Positions 29,515 to 39,801 of a DNA stretch of 64,000 nucleotides are shown one piece after another. The notes below the pieces were generated by a model. The model did not search any database. It had not been told where the DNA came from and was given only the letters and a program-made list of their open reading frames with translations. The position numbers were made by a program, and so were the translations under genes. The stretch's first letter is position 1. Each line of letters opens with the position of its first letter. Source of the DNA: an uncultured Verrucomicrobiae bacterium (lineage in GTDB: Bacteria > Verrucomicrobiota > Verrucomicrobiia > Palsa-1439); contig CAWJFL010000015.1 of the NCBI GenBank assembly GCA_963842185.1, positions 1,233 through 65,232 on the forward strand. The letters are read 5' to 3'.

Positions 29515-30726
29515 TCAACCCTTCTTGTTCGCCGCGGTGAGCCCGAGAACGCGGCACACGGAGCGCGCAATCATCAGTTCTTCATCCGTGCGAATGACGC
29601 GGACCGTAGCCGGGCTGGTGTCCGTGGAGATCACGTCGGCATTGGCCGCATTGCGCGGTTCATTCAGTTCTATGCCGAGGAAGCCGAGGCCCTCGCAAAT
29701 GCGCGCGCGAACGGGTGATGCATTCTCGCCGATGCCTCCTGCGAAGACGAGCGTGTCCAGTCCACCGAGCGCAGCGGCGAACGAGCCGATCCACTTTTTT
29801 GCCTGATAGCAGAACAGCGCCACGGCTTCCGCCGCTCGCACGTCAGCGGTTTCCTGCGCGAGCAGGTCCCGCATGTCGGGGCTGATCTCCGAAACGCCGA
29901 GCAGCCCGGACTTGTGGTTCACCATTTCGTAAAACTGTTTTGTCGTCATCTGCTCGGTGCGCAACAGATACGGCGCCAGGCCGGGGTCCAGATCACCCGA
30001 GCGGGTGCTCATCACCAATCCCGCGGTCGGGGTGAAGCCCATGCTGGTGTCGACGCTTTTGCCGTCGCGCACGGCAGCCAGGCTGGCGCCGTTGCCGAGA
30101 TGTGCGAGGATCACGCGGCCCTTCGTTGCCGCCGGGTCGCCGAGACGCGCGAGTTCTTCCATCAGGTAGGCATAGGACAACCCGTGGAAACCGTAGCGCT
30201 GAATTCCTTTGGCGTCGTAGCGCCGCGGAATCGGCAGCCATTTGGCGACCCGCGGCATGGTGCGGTGAAAGGCGGTGTCGAAACAGGCGACCTGGGGCAG
30301 TTTCGGATGCCGCTGGCGGAACGCCTCGATCAGTTCAATCTCGCGGGGCAGATGATCCGGGTCGTACGGCCGGAGGCGATGCAGTTCGTCCAGCAATTCC
30401 TGGGTGACCACCTCGGGCTCGGTATGTTTCATGCCGTGGACCACGCGGTGTCCCACGGCTTGGACCGAGGCGAAACCATTCTGTTTTTCGAGCCAATCGA
30501 TCAGGACCATCGCGGCTGACTTGTGATCGGAAGCGGCGATGTTGCGGGTGGACTGCTGATTCGCGGTCGGGTCCTTGAAAGTCAGGTTGGTGCCGCTCAG
30601 GCCGATGCGGTCAATTTTTCCCGACAGCGTTCGCTCCAGCGATTGGCCGGTCTGATACAGCACGAACTTGATGCTCGACGAGCCACCGTTGATCGTCAGG
30701 ACACTGGTTTGGGCTGTGGTCATCAT
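29515..30726 (-). CDS. ackA: acetate kinase
   Basis: VLTINGGSSSIKF, HRVVHGM, GFHGLSY, FAGGIGEN motifs; start at MMTTAQ. Confidence 0.93.
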   Translation of the reverse strand: MMTTAQTSVLTINGGSSSIKFVLYQTGQSLERTLSGKIDRIGLSGTNLTFKDPTANQQSTRNIAASDHKSAAMVLIDWLEKQNGFASVQAVGHRVVHGMKHTEPEVVTQELLDELHRLRPYDPDHLPREIELIEAFRQRHPKLPQVACFDTAFHRTMPRVAKWLPIPRRYDAKGIQRYGFHGLSYAYLMEELARLGDPAATKGRVILAHLGNGASLAAVRDGKSVDTSMGFTPTAGLVMSTRSGDLDPGLAPYLLRTEQMTTKQFYEMVNHKSGLLGVSEISPDMRDLLAQETADVRAAEAVALFCYQAKKWIGSFAAALGGLDTLVFAGGIGENASPVRARICEGLGFLGIELNEPRNAANADVISTDTSPATVRVIRTDEELMIARSVCRVLGLTAANKKG

Positions 30727-30743
30727 TTCGCCTTCCGTGGGAA

Positions 30744-33290
30744 TCAGCCTCGCCACAGGATGTGCGCGGCTTCCAGAGGAACCGCCACGCCGGGGCAGCG
30801 GGGTACCACTCGCGGCGTGTAATCGGCAGCCGGGCGGAGCGCGGGCACTGTCGCGCTGTAGAGGTAGCCATGCGCCGCGCCCACCAACGGACGGACGCGT
30901 GTCATCTCCTGCCGCACCGGGCCGTCGCCGTTGGCTCCATCGGCATAAAGCTCGACTCGCACGGACTCCGGGTCGAGGTCATCGAGATAAACCTGCACGT
31001 CAAAGACGCGCTGACTGCCTGTCGTTTTCACCTTCACTTCACCGAAGCGCAGCGCGGCCCATTTCTCATCAAGAATGCGCTGCCATTTCACCACTCGCGC
31101 ACCCGCTGCGCCCTTGTCGGCGGCGCGCTCCAGATAGTGTGCCGCCGCCGGGAAGTAGTGCTGCTCGGTATATTCGCGCACGGTGCGGCTGGCGGAGAAT
31201 TGGGGCGTCAACCGCGCCATGCTCTCCCGCATTCGCGCAACCCACGCGGTCGGCAAGCCATCCTTATCGCGGGAATAGAACTCGGGGATGACCTCGTTTT
31301 CGAGTCGGTCGTACAACGCCACAGCCTCGGCGGCATCCCAGGCGGGATCGTCGCCATGCTCCCGGCCATCACCCAATGCCCACCCCACCTGGGGGGTGTA
31401 GGCTTCCGCCCACCAGCCGTCCAACTCCGAAAGATTGATGCCTCCGTTGACGAGCACCTTCATGCCGCTTGTTCCACTAGCCTCCCACGGCCGCCGCGGC
31501 GTGTTGATCCAGACGTCCACGCCTTGCACCAAACGCTCGGCGAGGAGCATGTCGTAATCGCTGAGGAAGATCACGTGCGGGCGCACCTCAGGTCGCCGCT
31601 CGAAGCGAATCCATTCCTGGATCAATGCCTGACCCGGCTGGTCGGCCGGATGCGCTTTCCCGGCGATGATGAGTTGCACGGGCCGTTGCGGGTTGGTCAA
31701 CAGGCGCAGCAGCCGCGACGGGTCGTGGAGCAGCAGGTTCGGGCGTTTGTAGGTGGCGAACCGGCGCGCAAAGCCCAGCGTCAACACGTTCGGATCGAAC
31801 AAATGCTTCGCCTCCTCCACCACCCGGGCCGGGCGCCCGGAAGCGGCCAGTTGCTGCGGCAATCGGGTGTGAATGTAATCAATCAGTGACTGGCGGCTGG
31901 CCGTGCGCAGTTCCCACAGTCGCGCGTCGGGAATGCGGCGAATGTCTTGCGCCAGGGGCTCCGTCGGCCCCAACCAGCGGTCTTTGCCACACGCTTCCGT
32001 CCAGAGGTCATCCGCCGCCGCCGAGTCCCAGGTTGGCACGTGAACGCCGTTGGTCACATATCTGACAGGCACTTCGTCCACTGGCCAGCGGGAGAAGAGG
32101 GGCGCAAACAAGTGTCGGCTCACCTGCCCATGCAAACGGCTCACGCCATTGACGGCCCCGCTGCCGCGCAGTGCCAGATACGCCATGTTAAACGGCTCCG
32201 CCGCGTCATCGGGGTTCTGGCGTCCCAGAGCCAGCAACTCGTGAAGGGAAATGCCGAGCTTCTCCTGCGCGTACCGGGTGAGGTATTGCTCCATGAGTCC
32301 CGGAGAGAACCGATCAAACCCCGCCGCCACGGCCGTGTGAGTGGTGAAGAGGTTGCCCGCCCGCGTGACGGCCAGCGCGACAGCGAAGGGCTGGTTGGTT
32401 TCCTGCATGAAAGTCCGGGCGCGTTCCAAAACAGCGAACGCCGCGTGCCCTTCGTTGAGGTGGCAAACTTCCGGACGGATGCCGAGCGCGCCGAGCAGCC
32501 GCCAGCCACCGATTCCGAGCATCAACTCCTGGTTGAGCCGCAACTCCGGCCCGCCGCCATACAACTCGCTGGTGATCCCGCGGTGGGCGGGGGGATTCGC
32601 CGGGTCATTACTGTCCAGCAGGAACAATTTCACCCGCCCGATTCGCGCCTGCCAGACGCGGAGCCAGACCGAGTACCCGGGCGCGGCCATCTCCAAGCGC
32701 AACCACTCGCCGTTTGGTTGGCGCACGGGGGTGATCGGCAATTGCCCGGGATCGTTATACGGATAGAGGGCCTGTTGCACCCCGTCCTTGTCGATCACCT
32801 GGCGGAAATAACCTTGCTGGTACAGCAGTCCGACGCCGACGACCGGCACGCCGAGATCGCTGGCGGCTTTGAGTTGATCGCCGGCCACATTGCCGAGTCC
32901 CCCCGAGTAAATTGGGAGAGCCTCACCCAACATGAATTCCATGCTGAAATACGCGACACAAGTCAGGGGCGCCTGCGGATGAGTTTGCTGAAACCACGCG
33001 GGTGACTCGGCGGCGTGTCTTTCCGCCTGTACGAGAGCATCCACCGTCTGGCGAAACGCGGGATTGGCCAACAAGAGGCGGAGTTTTTCCCGCGAGACCG
33101 TCTGGAGGACGACCCACGGGTTTCGAGTCAACTCCCAGAGCGCAGGGTCGAGCTGCTTCCACACCTCGTCGGCGCGATGGTTCCATGACCAGCGCAAGTC
33201 CCGGGCAAGCTCGGCGAGTGAACTGAACCCGTCGATTTCCGCGGGCCGAGGACTGTGGGTCGGGTTACTGACGGGGGTTTGTCCGCTCAC
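30744..33290 (-). CDS. glgP: alpha-glucan (glycogen/maltodextrin) phosphorylase, GT35
   Basis: 848 aa; PLP-lysine motif EASGTSGMKVLVNGG; YSGGLGNVAGD. Confidence 0.92.
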   Translation of the reverse strand: MSGQTPVSNPTHSPRPAEIDGFSSLAELARDLRWSWNHRADEVWKQLDPALWELTRNPWVVLQTVSREKLRLLLANPAFRQTVDALVQAERHAAESPAWFQQTHPQAPLTCVAYFSMEFMLGEALPIYSGGLGNVAGDQLKAASDLGVPVVGVGLLYQQGYFRQVIDKDGVQQALYPYNDPGQLPITPVRQPNGEWLRLEMAAPGYSVWLRVWQARIGRVKLFLLDSNDPANPPAHRGITSELYGGGPELRLNQELMLGIGGWRLLGALGIRPEVCHLNEGHAAFAVLERARTFMQETNQPFAVALAVTRAGNLFTTHTAVAAGFDRFSPGLMEQYLTRYAQEKLGISLHELLALGRQNPDDAAEPFNMAYLALRGSGAVNGVSRLHGQVSRHLFAPLFSRWPVDEVPVRYVTNGVHVPTWDSAAADDLWTEACGKDRWLGPTEPLAQDIRRIPDARLWELRTASRQSLIDYIHTRLPQQLAASGRPARVVEEAKHLFDPNVLTLGFARRFATYKRPNLLLHDPSRLLRLLTNPQRPVQLIIAGKAHPADQPGQALIQEWIRFERRPEVRPHVIFLSDYDMLLAERLVQGVDVWINTPRRPWEASGTSGMKVLVNGGINLSELDGWWAEAYTPQVGWALGDGREHGDDPAWDAAEAVALYDRLENEVIPEFYSRDKDGLPTAWVARMRESMARLTPQFSASRTVREYTEQHYFPAAAHYLERAADKGAAGARVVKWQRILDEKWAALRFGEVKVKTTGSQRVFDVQVYLDDLDPESVRVELYADGANGDGPVRQEMTRVRPLVGAAHGYLYSATVPALRPAADYTPRVVPRCPGVAVPLEAAHILWRG

Positions 33291-33302
33291 GGTTTCTCCT
33301 CC

Positions 33303-33641
33303 TCAGTGGTTACGCAAAAAGCGCAACTCGGCCCGCAGGCGTTCCACCTCATCGAGCAGATCGAACATGGTTTTGAGCATGGCCAGGTCGACGTCGTGAA
33401 CGGTTCGCAAGTGCTCGATTTGCCGCAGGGTATGGATTGCTTCCTCCGTGAATTCCATCGCTCCGTACGGCGGCTGAACGACCGGTCGCACGAGGCCAGC
33501 GCGACAATAGATCAGAATGGAACGGCGCGAGACACCCGCGAGATGAGCGGCGGCATCGAGGCTGTACAGGACGTTTGGGTTTGGCTGGAACAACTCCAGA
33601 GCAAAAGGCGAGGGGATGTCCCGATCAGATCGTTTGCTCAT
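33303..33641 (-). CDS. cbpM: MerR-family chaperone modulator (CbpM/HspR-like)
   Basis: [29 protein letters not shown]; ATGA overlap with cbpA stop. Confidence 0.7.
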   Translation of the reverse strand: MSKRSDRDIPSPFALELFQPNPNVLYSLDAAAHLAGVSRRSILIYCRAGLVRPVVQPPYGAMEFTEEAIHTLRQIEHLRTVHDVDLAMLKTMFDLLDEVERLRAELRFLRNH

Positions 33642-34612
33642 GGGTTTTTCCTCGGGTTGAATGCTGATTTCGCCGCCAACTGCTCCCACAGGACTTTTTG
33701 TTCCGGCGTAAGACGCGGTGGGACATCGACGGACACAACGGCATAGAGGTCGCCCCGAGTTCCGTCGGTTGTCGGCAGACCCTTCCCGCGCAAACGGAAT
33801 TGCTTTTCAGCGGTGGTGCCCGCGGGAATCTTCAGGGACACCGTTCCATCCAGAGTTGGTATGTGGACGGTGGCACCCAGGACCGCTTCCCACGGGGCGA
33901 GATCCAAATCGTAATAGAGATCGGCGCCCCGCACACGGAAGTCAGGGTGCTGGGCAAACTTTACTCTCAGATACAGGTTACCCGACTCACCCCCGCCGAT
34001 GCCTTCCTGACCTTTGCCCGCGACACGGATGAGCTGCCCTTCCCGGACGCCAGAGGGTATTTTCACGCGCAGAGTTTGCGTGGTGGATTGTCCGGTGTGA
34101 GGATCGGTTCGTTGCAGCCGGATCATGCGGGTCGAACCATGCAGAGCTTCGTCCAGCGTCACCAGGATGTCGCCCTCGATATCCTGGCCGCGTTGGGCGA
34201 ATGGTTCGCCTTCCCCGCCATTCCCCCCCGCTCGGCCGAAGCCGCCACCGAACGGGCGACCGCGACTGCCAAAGAACTGCTCGAAGAAATCGCTGAAGCC
34301 GGTGCCATCGAAATGGAATTCCGCACCCTGTTCGGGACTTCCGCCGAAACCTTCGGTTGGCGGCGGTGCCTGTCGTTCGGGATGGTTCCAGTTCGCCCCG
34401 AGTTCATCGTACTTTCGCCGTTTTTCCGGGTCGCTGAGGACTTCGTTGGCCTCGTTGATTTCCTTGAACTTTTCTTCGGCGGTGCGTTTGTCTTTGGCGA
34501 CATCGGGATGATATTTGTGGGCGAGCTTGCGAAACGCCTTCTTGATTTCCGCGTCGCTCGCGGTACGGGGCACGCCGAGAACGTCGTAATAGTCCTTGAA
34601 CTCAACGGGCAT
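33638..34612 (-). CDS. cbpA: DnaJ-class co-chaperone CbpA type (J domain, no zinc finger)
   Basis: DYYDVLGV...KYHPDV J-domain, G/F-rich linker, C-terminal substrate-binding repeats, no CxxCxGxG. Confidence 0.9.
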   Translation of the reverse strand: MPVEFKDYYDVLGVPRTASDAEIKKAFRKLAHKYHPDVAKDKRTAEEKFKEINEANEVLSDPEKRRKYDELGANWNHPERQAPPPTEGFGGSPEQGAEFHFDGTGFSDFFEQFFGSRGRPFGGGFGRAGGNGGEGEPFAQRGQDIEGDILVTLDEALHGSTRMIRLQRTDPHTGQSTTQTLRVKIPSGVREGQLIRVAGKGQEGIGGGESGNLYLRVKFAQHPDFRVRGADLYYDLDLAPWEAVLGATVHIPTLDGTVSLKIPAGTTAEKQFRLRGKGLPTTDGTRGDLYAVVSVDVPPRLTPEQKVLWEQLAAKSAFNPRKNP

Positions 34613-34876
34613 GGCCGGCTCCGGGAAGATGGCTCAGACTGTTCACGATCACCATCGACGCAGTTTCGGCGACGAAAGTGGTCGCATTCGTCGATTCAGA
34701 CACCCGGCCTGGAAGATCGGGATACATGGTCTGCCCCTCGCAACGCTCTGTTCTCATACCCCTTTTTGGTGTGGAGTTCAAGGTGACGCGCTCCTTAAGC
34801 ACGAGAACCCGCTGTGGGGGCCAGGGATTGACCCCTCTGGGATTTCGGGAACCTAAGCGATCTGGCAGTCACTACG

Positions 34877-35857
34877 CTACACGCCGTACTGACGCGAGTA
34901 GGCAGGAAATCGACCGAGTTCGGAGTGGGGTCGGGCTTTCCAGCGTTTGTAACTCCAGAGCCAATGTTCCGGTTGGTCGCGAATGACGGTTTCGCAGAAG
35001 TTGAGGCACTGCTGGCTGATGGTTTGGATGTCCGCCTGATCGTTGCCACTGGGTTGATGGGGGAACTCGCGGCAGTCGATGCGGATTCTCCCGTCGGGCA
35101 GTGGACGGGCAATGCTGGTGACGATCGCGGCGCCGGACAGCAGCTTCAGTTGGCCGATCGTCGAATTGGTAAGCACGGGCAGGCCAAAGAAATCGCACCA
35201 AGTGCCACCGGAACGCAATCCGACATGCTGGTCGACCAACACCGCAGCGCAACCGCCCCGCTTGAGCGTTTTGAGGACGCGGAGCATGGCGTAGGGGCCG
35301 GTGACAACGCGGTGTCCCCACTGGCTGCGGAGTTGGACAAAGATCCGTTCCAGCGCGGGGTTGCGCATTCGTTTGGCAATGGCCGTCATGGGGATCTCTC
35401 GGAAACCGAAGGCCGGTCCCTGGAGTTCCCAATCGCCATAATGCATCATGATGAAGATGACGCCTTTGCCGCGGGCCATGCAGTCGCGAATCATCTGGAG
35501 GCTGGTGTCGTCGACTTCCACGATCTGCTTGGTCAGGGCCGGGGTCAGGCGGGCGCTCCAAAAGAGTCCGAGCATGGCCGCACCAAAGCTTTGAAACGAG
35601 GCGCGGGCGATCTGCATTTTCTCCCGACGCGTTTTGGTGTCACCGAATGCCACGTCCAGGTTCGCCAGCGCGACGCGCCGTTGATCGCCCAGGAACCAGA
35701 AACCGAACCACCCGACGCAGCGACCGATGCGGCGAACGGCCTGATAGGGGAAGAAGGGGACGACCCAGAGTGCGGGTGTCAGTAACGCAGCCTCCAGGCG
35801 GTGACGAAAGCGTTTCCACCGGGAGTAGCGTTTGCCAGCTTTACGATGAGTGGACAT
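34877..35857 (-). CDS. lysophospholipid/lipid A-type (LpxL/HtrB family) acyltransferase
   Basis: 326 aa; N-terminal TM, MMHYGDWE (HX4D/E-type) catalytic motif. Confidence 0.8.
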   Translation of the reverse strand: MSTHRKAGKRYSRWKRFRHRLEAALLTPALWVVPFFPYQAVRRIGRCVGWFGFWFLGDQRRVALANLDVAFGDTKTRREKMQIARASFQSFGAAMLGLFWSARLTPALTKQIVEVDDTSLQMIRDCMARGKGVIFIMMHYGDWELQGPAFGFREIPMTAIAKRMRNPALERIFVQLRSQWGHRVVTGPYAMLRVLKTLKRGGCAAVLVDQHVGLRSGGTWCDFFGLPVLTNSTIGQLKLLSGAAIVTSIARPLPDGRIRIDCREFPHQPSGNDQADIQTISQQCLNFCETVIRDQPEHWLWSYKRWKARPHSELGRFPAYSRQYGV

Positions 35858-35875
35858 GAGACAGAGGGACCGCTT

Positions 35876-36961
35876 TCAACATTGCGCGGCTGGCCGCTGT
35901 TGCCGCCGAAGGGTCCTGAGGTGGCTGTAGCCGACCAATTTATGGCGTTGTTCATCCCAGAGACGGAAGGTGAGCGATTTGAAGCTGGAGAAGAGCGTGA
36001 CAGGCGGCACTGTCTGGAACAGCGGCTCCGCTTTGTGGCACTTCTCCAGATTGTAGTTGGGAATCCGCGGGCTGAGATGATGAATATGATGAAACCCGAT
36101 GCTGCCCGAGAACCATTGGAGAATCTTGGGCAGTTTGTAGAACGAGCTACCCTGCAGGGCGGCGGCGAGGTAATCCCATTCGCCATGGCGTTGCCAGTAG
36201 ACACCTTCGAATTGATGTTGCACGTAGAACAGCCACACCCCCGCCGAAGCAGCCACTGCGATCACCATCAGCTGTATCACCAGATACGCCTTGATGCCAA
36301 AGACCGAACACAGAGCCACGGCCATGCCGAGAATCCCGAGGTTGGTCCAGTAAACCGAGTGTCGCTCGCGCGGGCTGGCTTGGGCGTTGGGAAGCCGATG
36401 CAGAACCAAAAACAAGAACAGGGGCGCCAGCAGGAAGAGGATGACCGGATTGCGGGCCAGTCGATACCCGAACCGTCTCCAGCGAGAGGATTCCAGGTAT
36501 TCCTGCACCGTCAACGTCCACACCGCGCCCAAGCCGCGCCGATCCAAATCGCCCGCATGGGCGTGATGGACCGCATGTTCCCAGCGCCAGAGATAGTACG
36601 GGGTAAACGTCAGCACGCCGGTGATGAATCCCCAGACGTCATTGGCTTGGCGGGATTTGAAAAACGCGCCGTGACCGCAATCGTGGTGAATGATGAATAC
36701 TCGCACCAGAAACCCGCCCGCGAGAATCGCCAGCGGCAGGGTAATCCAATACGACACCGCCAGACTGCGGTACATCAGGTACCAGAGGACCGCGTAGGGC
36801 ACGAGCGTGTCGGCGATTTGCCAAATGCTGCGCCACTGGGACGGCTGCTGGTACTTGGCGACGATCTCCTGCCAGACCAATGTGCCGGCTTGGTCCGAAC
36901 CTGCGGTCGGTGCCGGGGATTGCACGCCGGCTGCCGCTTCCTGTTGTAAAACTCCGCTCAT
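35876..36961 (-). CDS. membrane fatty acid desaturase
   Basis: Three histidine boxes HDCGH, HAVHHAH, HHIHH; four TM-like segments. Confidence 0.9.
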   Translation of the reverse strand: MSGVLQQEAAAGVQSPAPTAGSDQAGTLVWQEIVAKYQQPSQWRSIWQIADTLVPYAVLWYLMYRSLAVSYWITLPLAILAGGFLVRVFIIHHDCGHGAFFKSRQANDVWGFITGVLTFTPYYLWRWEHAVHHAHAGDLDRRGLGAVWTLTVQEYLESSRWRRFGYRLARNPVILFLLAPLFLFLVLHRLPNAQASPRERHSVYWTNLGILGMAVALCSVFGIKAYLVIQLMVIAVAASAGVWLFYVQHQFEGVYWQRHGEWDYLAAALQGSSFYKLPKILQWFSGSIGFHHIHHLSPRIPNYNLEKCHKAEPLFQTVPPVTLFSSFKSLTFRLWDEQRHKLVGYSHLRTLRRQQRPAAQC

Positions 36962-36996
36962 GATATGAAAACATTACCCGGGAAGGAAACGGGCCG

Positions 36997-37020
36997 CCAT
37001 GGGGTGTTTACCCCATATGG
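36997..37020. promoter_or_regulatory. palindrome CCATGGGGT-GTTT-ACCCCATATGG between response regulator stop and desaturase start
   Basis: 9 bp arms, 4 nt spacer, 37 nt upstream of desaturase ATG; candidate regulator site or hairpin. Confidence 0.4.
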
Positions 37021-37039
37021 GATGAAACCAGTCGGGGGG

Positions 37040-37711
37040 CTAGCGGATGGTCAGCTGGACGCTGCTCTCGATGATTCCTGCAGCGATGGCGTAACGGGTG
37101 AGGCCGGAGATCTCGTGGATGTTGAGCTTGGCCATGAGATTCTGCCGGTGTTTTTCGACCGTCTTGACGCTGATGCCGAGTTCCGCCGCGGTCTGTTTGT
37201 TGGCCTTGCCTTCGGCGATCAACTGGAGCACCTCCAACTCGCGCGAACTCAGGCGGGCAACCTTCTTCCGCAGCGCCACGCCGTTCGCAGGGATCCTCTG
37301 ATCGTGCAGTCGCTTGGCAATGGAAGGGCTGAAAAAAGTGTTTCCCTTCTGTACTTCCCGAATCGCCTTGGACAAATCGTGGGAGGACGTTTGTTTGAGC
37401 AGAAAACCCACCGCGCCGATGGCGATGGCCTGATCGACGTACGCGTCATCGCTGTGGGCGGAGAGAATCACAACCTTGGTACTGGGAACGGCTTTGCGGA
37501 TTTGCCGGGTGGCTTCCAATCCATTGAGCAGCGGCATGGCAATATCCATCACGACCACCGCCGGACGAAGTTTCCTGGTCAATGCCACCGCTTGGCGGCC
37601 GGTTTGCGCTTCGCCGATCACTTCGAGATCGTCTTCAGCCTCCAACAGTCTCCGAAACCCCTCGCGGACGACCATGTGATCTTCCGCCAGCAGGACGGTG
37701 ATACGTTTCAT
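37040..37711 (-). CDS. NarL/LuxR-family response regulator
   Basis: REC domain (LLAEDH, VVVMDIAMP) plus LuxR HTH LSSRELEVLQLIAEGKANKQTAAELGISVKTVEKHRQNLMAKL. Confidence 0.93.
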   Translation of the reverse strand: MKRITVLLAEDHMVVREGFRRLLEAEDDLEVIGEAQTGRQAVALTRKLRPAVVVMDIAMPLLNGLEATRQIRKAVPSTKVVILSAHSDDAYVDQAIAIGAVGFLLKQTSSHDLSKAIREVQKGNTFFSPSIAKRLHDQRIPANGVALRKKVARLSSRELEVLQLIAEGKANKQTAAELGISVKTVEKHRQNLMAKLNIHEISGLTRYAIAAGIIESSVQLTIR

Positions 37712-37716
37712 AAGCA

Positions 37717-38851
37717 CTAATTCCCCCTGCCGTTTGTGACCGGAATCTGCACGCAGATGGTGGTGCCTTTGCCGGGCGCCGATTCGACGCTAAAGCTGCC
37801 GCCGACCATCTCGACCCGTTCGCGCATGCCGAGCAGCCCCAATCGCTTGTTCTTTTTGGCCTGCAGTACGCGATCCACCTGGAAGGATTTGCCGTCGTTT
37901 TTGATCTTCATGCAAATGCGGTTCGAAAGTTTCTCGATGCTCACGTCCACCACGCTGGCTTGCGCATGACGGGCGACGTTGGTCAGTGCTTCCTGGGCAA
38001 CGCGATACAGCGTCGTGCGCCTGGCGTTGTCCAGTTTTTCAACGCCGGCAAAGATCGTCAAACGGACGTGGACGCCCGTCTGTTTCGAAAAGCCTTTGAC
38101 AAACGAATGCAGGGCGGGAATCAACCCCAGGTCGTCCAACACCGTCGGGCGCAATTCACGGGCGAACCGATGCACGATGTCCACCGATTTCTCGACCATC
38201 CGTTGCGCACTGGAGATTTTGTTTTGGAGTCCCTTGGTGTTGTGCGTCGCCGATGTTTTCAAGGCCGCCAAGCGGACATTGATCCCCGTCAAGGTCTGCG
38301 CGATTTCATCGTGCAGCTCGCGGCTGATCTTCTTGCGTTCTTCCTCCTGTGCCAACAGGAGCTGGCGGGTCAGTTGCCGCAATTGTTCCTGCATGAGGCG
38401 CGATTGCTCCAGCAACCGGCCATAGTGTCTCTCACTGTTCCGAAGGGATTCCTCCACACCCTTGCGTCGGAGGATTTCACGTTTCAGCCGCCGATTCGAG
38501 ACGGCCAGGTCGGCGCTGCGCTGGCGTAGCGTTTGGTTCAGGTGCCCGAAGTGGGTGTTGGCCTCGCGCGCGGTGCGATGAGTCCTCTCAATCGGGATGA
38601 TGGTTCTCGGCGAAAAACTTTCCCGCCCGCCGGACCATCGCGTCCCGGGTGCCGGGAGAATCGCCCGGCAACACGATGGCGATCAGCGCTTGCTCGTGAA
38701 CCCTGGCCAGGTCCAGCGTCTCCAAGCCGAGAGCCATGATCTTGCGTCCCAGCCCGCGCGCGGGTTGCAAGCTGGCCCGTGATCCTTGCTTCAGATAGGT
38801 GCGCAACGCGGCCGCGTATCGTTGCGACAACCTGGTCAATTTCCGTGTCAT
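37717..38851 (-). CDS. cytoplasmic HisKA_3 sensor histidine kinase, frame disrupted near 38600-38610
   Basis: H-box SRELHDEIAQTL, N-box EALTNVARHA, G-box region; N-terminal 87 aa ORF (38588..38851) continues in shifted frame TIIPIERTHRTAREAN... as shown by the paralog 38869..39561; no TM segments. Confidence 0.85.
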
Positions 38852-38868
38852 GCTATTTGCCGAGTTCG

Positions 38869-39561
38869 TCAGCGAATCGACTTCAGGGTTTTCTTGGATT
38901 TTTCCACAAGACGTCGCGTGTTGGCGATTTCTTTTTTCAGGCCGTTGACATTGGTCGTGGCCTCGTTTTTCAATGCCAGGAGTCGGACATTGATTCCCAA
39001 CAAGGTCTGGGCGATTTCGTCGTGCAACTCGCGGCTGATCTTCGTCCGCTTGTCCTCATGCGCCGACAGAATCTGACGGGTCAGTTGCCGTAAATGCTCC
39101 TGCACGAGTCGTGACCGCCCCAATAAATCGGTCCGATGTTTCCCGCTCTTCTTCAGGGCTTCTTCCGCAGCCTTGCGTTGGACGATTCCCCGTTTCAAAT
39201 GACGACCGGAGGCAGCCAGTTCCTCTGAGCGTCGGCTCAGTGTCTTCGTCAGACGATTCAAGTCGCCGTTGGTTTCCCGCGCGGCACGATGAGTCGCTTC
39301 GATCGGGGTGATGGCCTCGACGAAAAAAGCTTCCGCCCGCTTGACCGTTCCCTTCCTGGCGCGGGAGGAATGGCTTGGCAACAGCAATGTCGCCAGCGCA
39401 GTTTCGTGAATCTTGGCGAGATCCAGCGTCTCCAGCCCGAGGGCCATGGCCTTGCGTCCCAAGGTGCGCGCGGGCTGCAAGCCGGCTTGGGGCCCTTGCG
39501 TCAGAAATGTGCGCAAGGCTGCCGCATATCGCTGCGATAACCTGGCTGTGGTTCGCTTCAT
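38869..39561 (-). CDS. truncated paralog of the histidine kinase: N-terminal domain + coiled coil + H-box, no ATPase domain
   Basis: MKRTTARLSQRYAAALRTFL... parallels MTRKLTRLSQRYAAALRTYL...; ends 20 aa after SRELHDEIAQTL. Confidence 0.75.
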   Translation of the reverse strand: MKRTTARLSQRYAAALRTFLTQGPQAGLQPARTLGRKAMALGLETLDLAKIHETALATLLLPSHSSRARKGTVKRAEAFFVEAITPIEATHRAARETNGDLNRLTKTLSRRSEELAASGRHLKRGIVQRKAAEEALKKSGKHRTDLLGRSRLVQEHLRQLTRQILSAHEDKRTKISRELHDEIAQTLLGINVRLLALKNEATTNVNGLKKEIANTRRLVEKSKKTLKSIR

Positions 39562-39591
39562 AATACAGTCGGAATCGTGTACCTCATTGAT

Positions 39592-39648
39592 CCACTGTCA
39601 CTGTCTGACTATTGCCTCAAGCCGTCCATGGGGTGAAACCCTACCCTG
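39592..39648 (+). repeat. 57 nt conserved leader element, copy 1
   Basis: About 47/57 identical with 40520..40576; contains GTCA-N5-TGAC and GGG-TGAAR-CCC. Confidence 0.7.
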
Positions 39649-39713
39649 CCAACCTGCGTATTCGTTCGGTGGAGGCTGCATCCGTATTCGGGGAGCACTC
39701 TCAAGCCATCCGC

Positions 39714-39730
39714 GGTAGGGTTCTGCCTTA
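39714..39730 (+). promoter_or_regulatory. motif GGTAGGGTTCTGCCTTA, 72 nt upstream of small-peptide gene
   Basis: Matches 40585..40604 and 44423..44443 (GGTAGGGTTYTRCCYYAT). Confidence 0.35.
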
Positions 39731-39801
39731 TAGCGCGCGCTACGCACTGCGTCTAACGTGCTTCCAACCCAAAGATGTGACAATAGAAAGCGGGAAGTAT
39801 C

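Noticed and set aside
36997-37045. Reading the GGGTAA/GGGTAG cores as SigB/SigF-type -10 boxes (GTTT-N14-17-GGGTA)
   Set aside because: The only GTTT-like box (GTTTCA upstream of the desaturase) is 9-10 nt away, which is too close. The other sites have no GTTT at the proper spacing.
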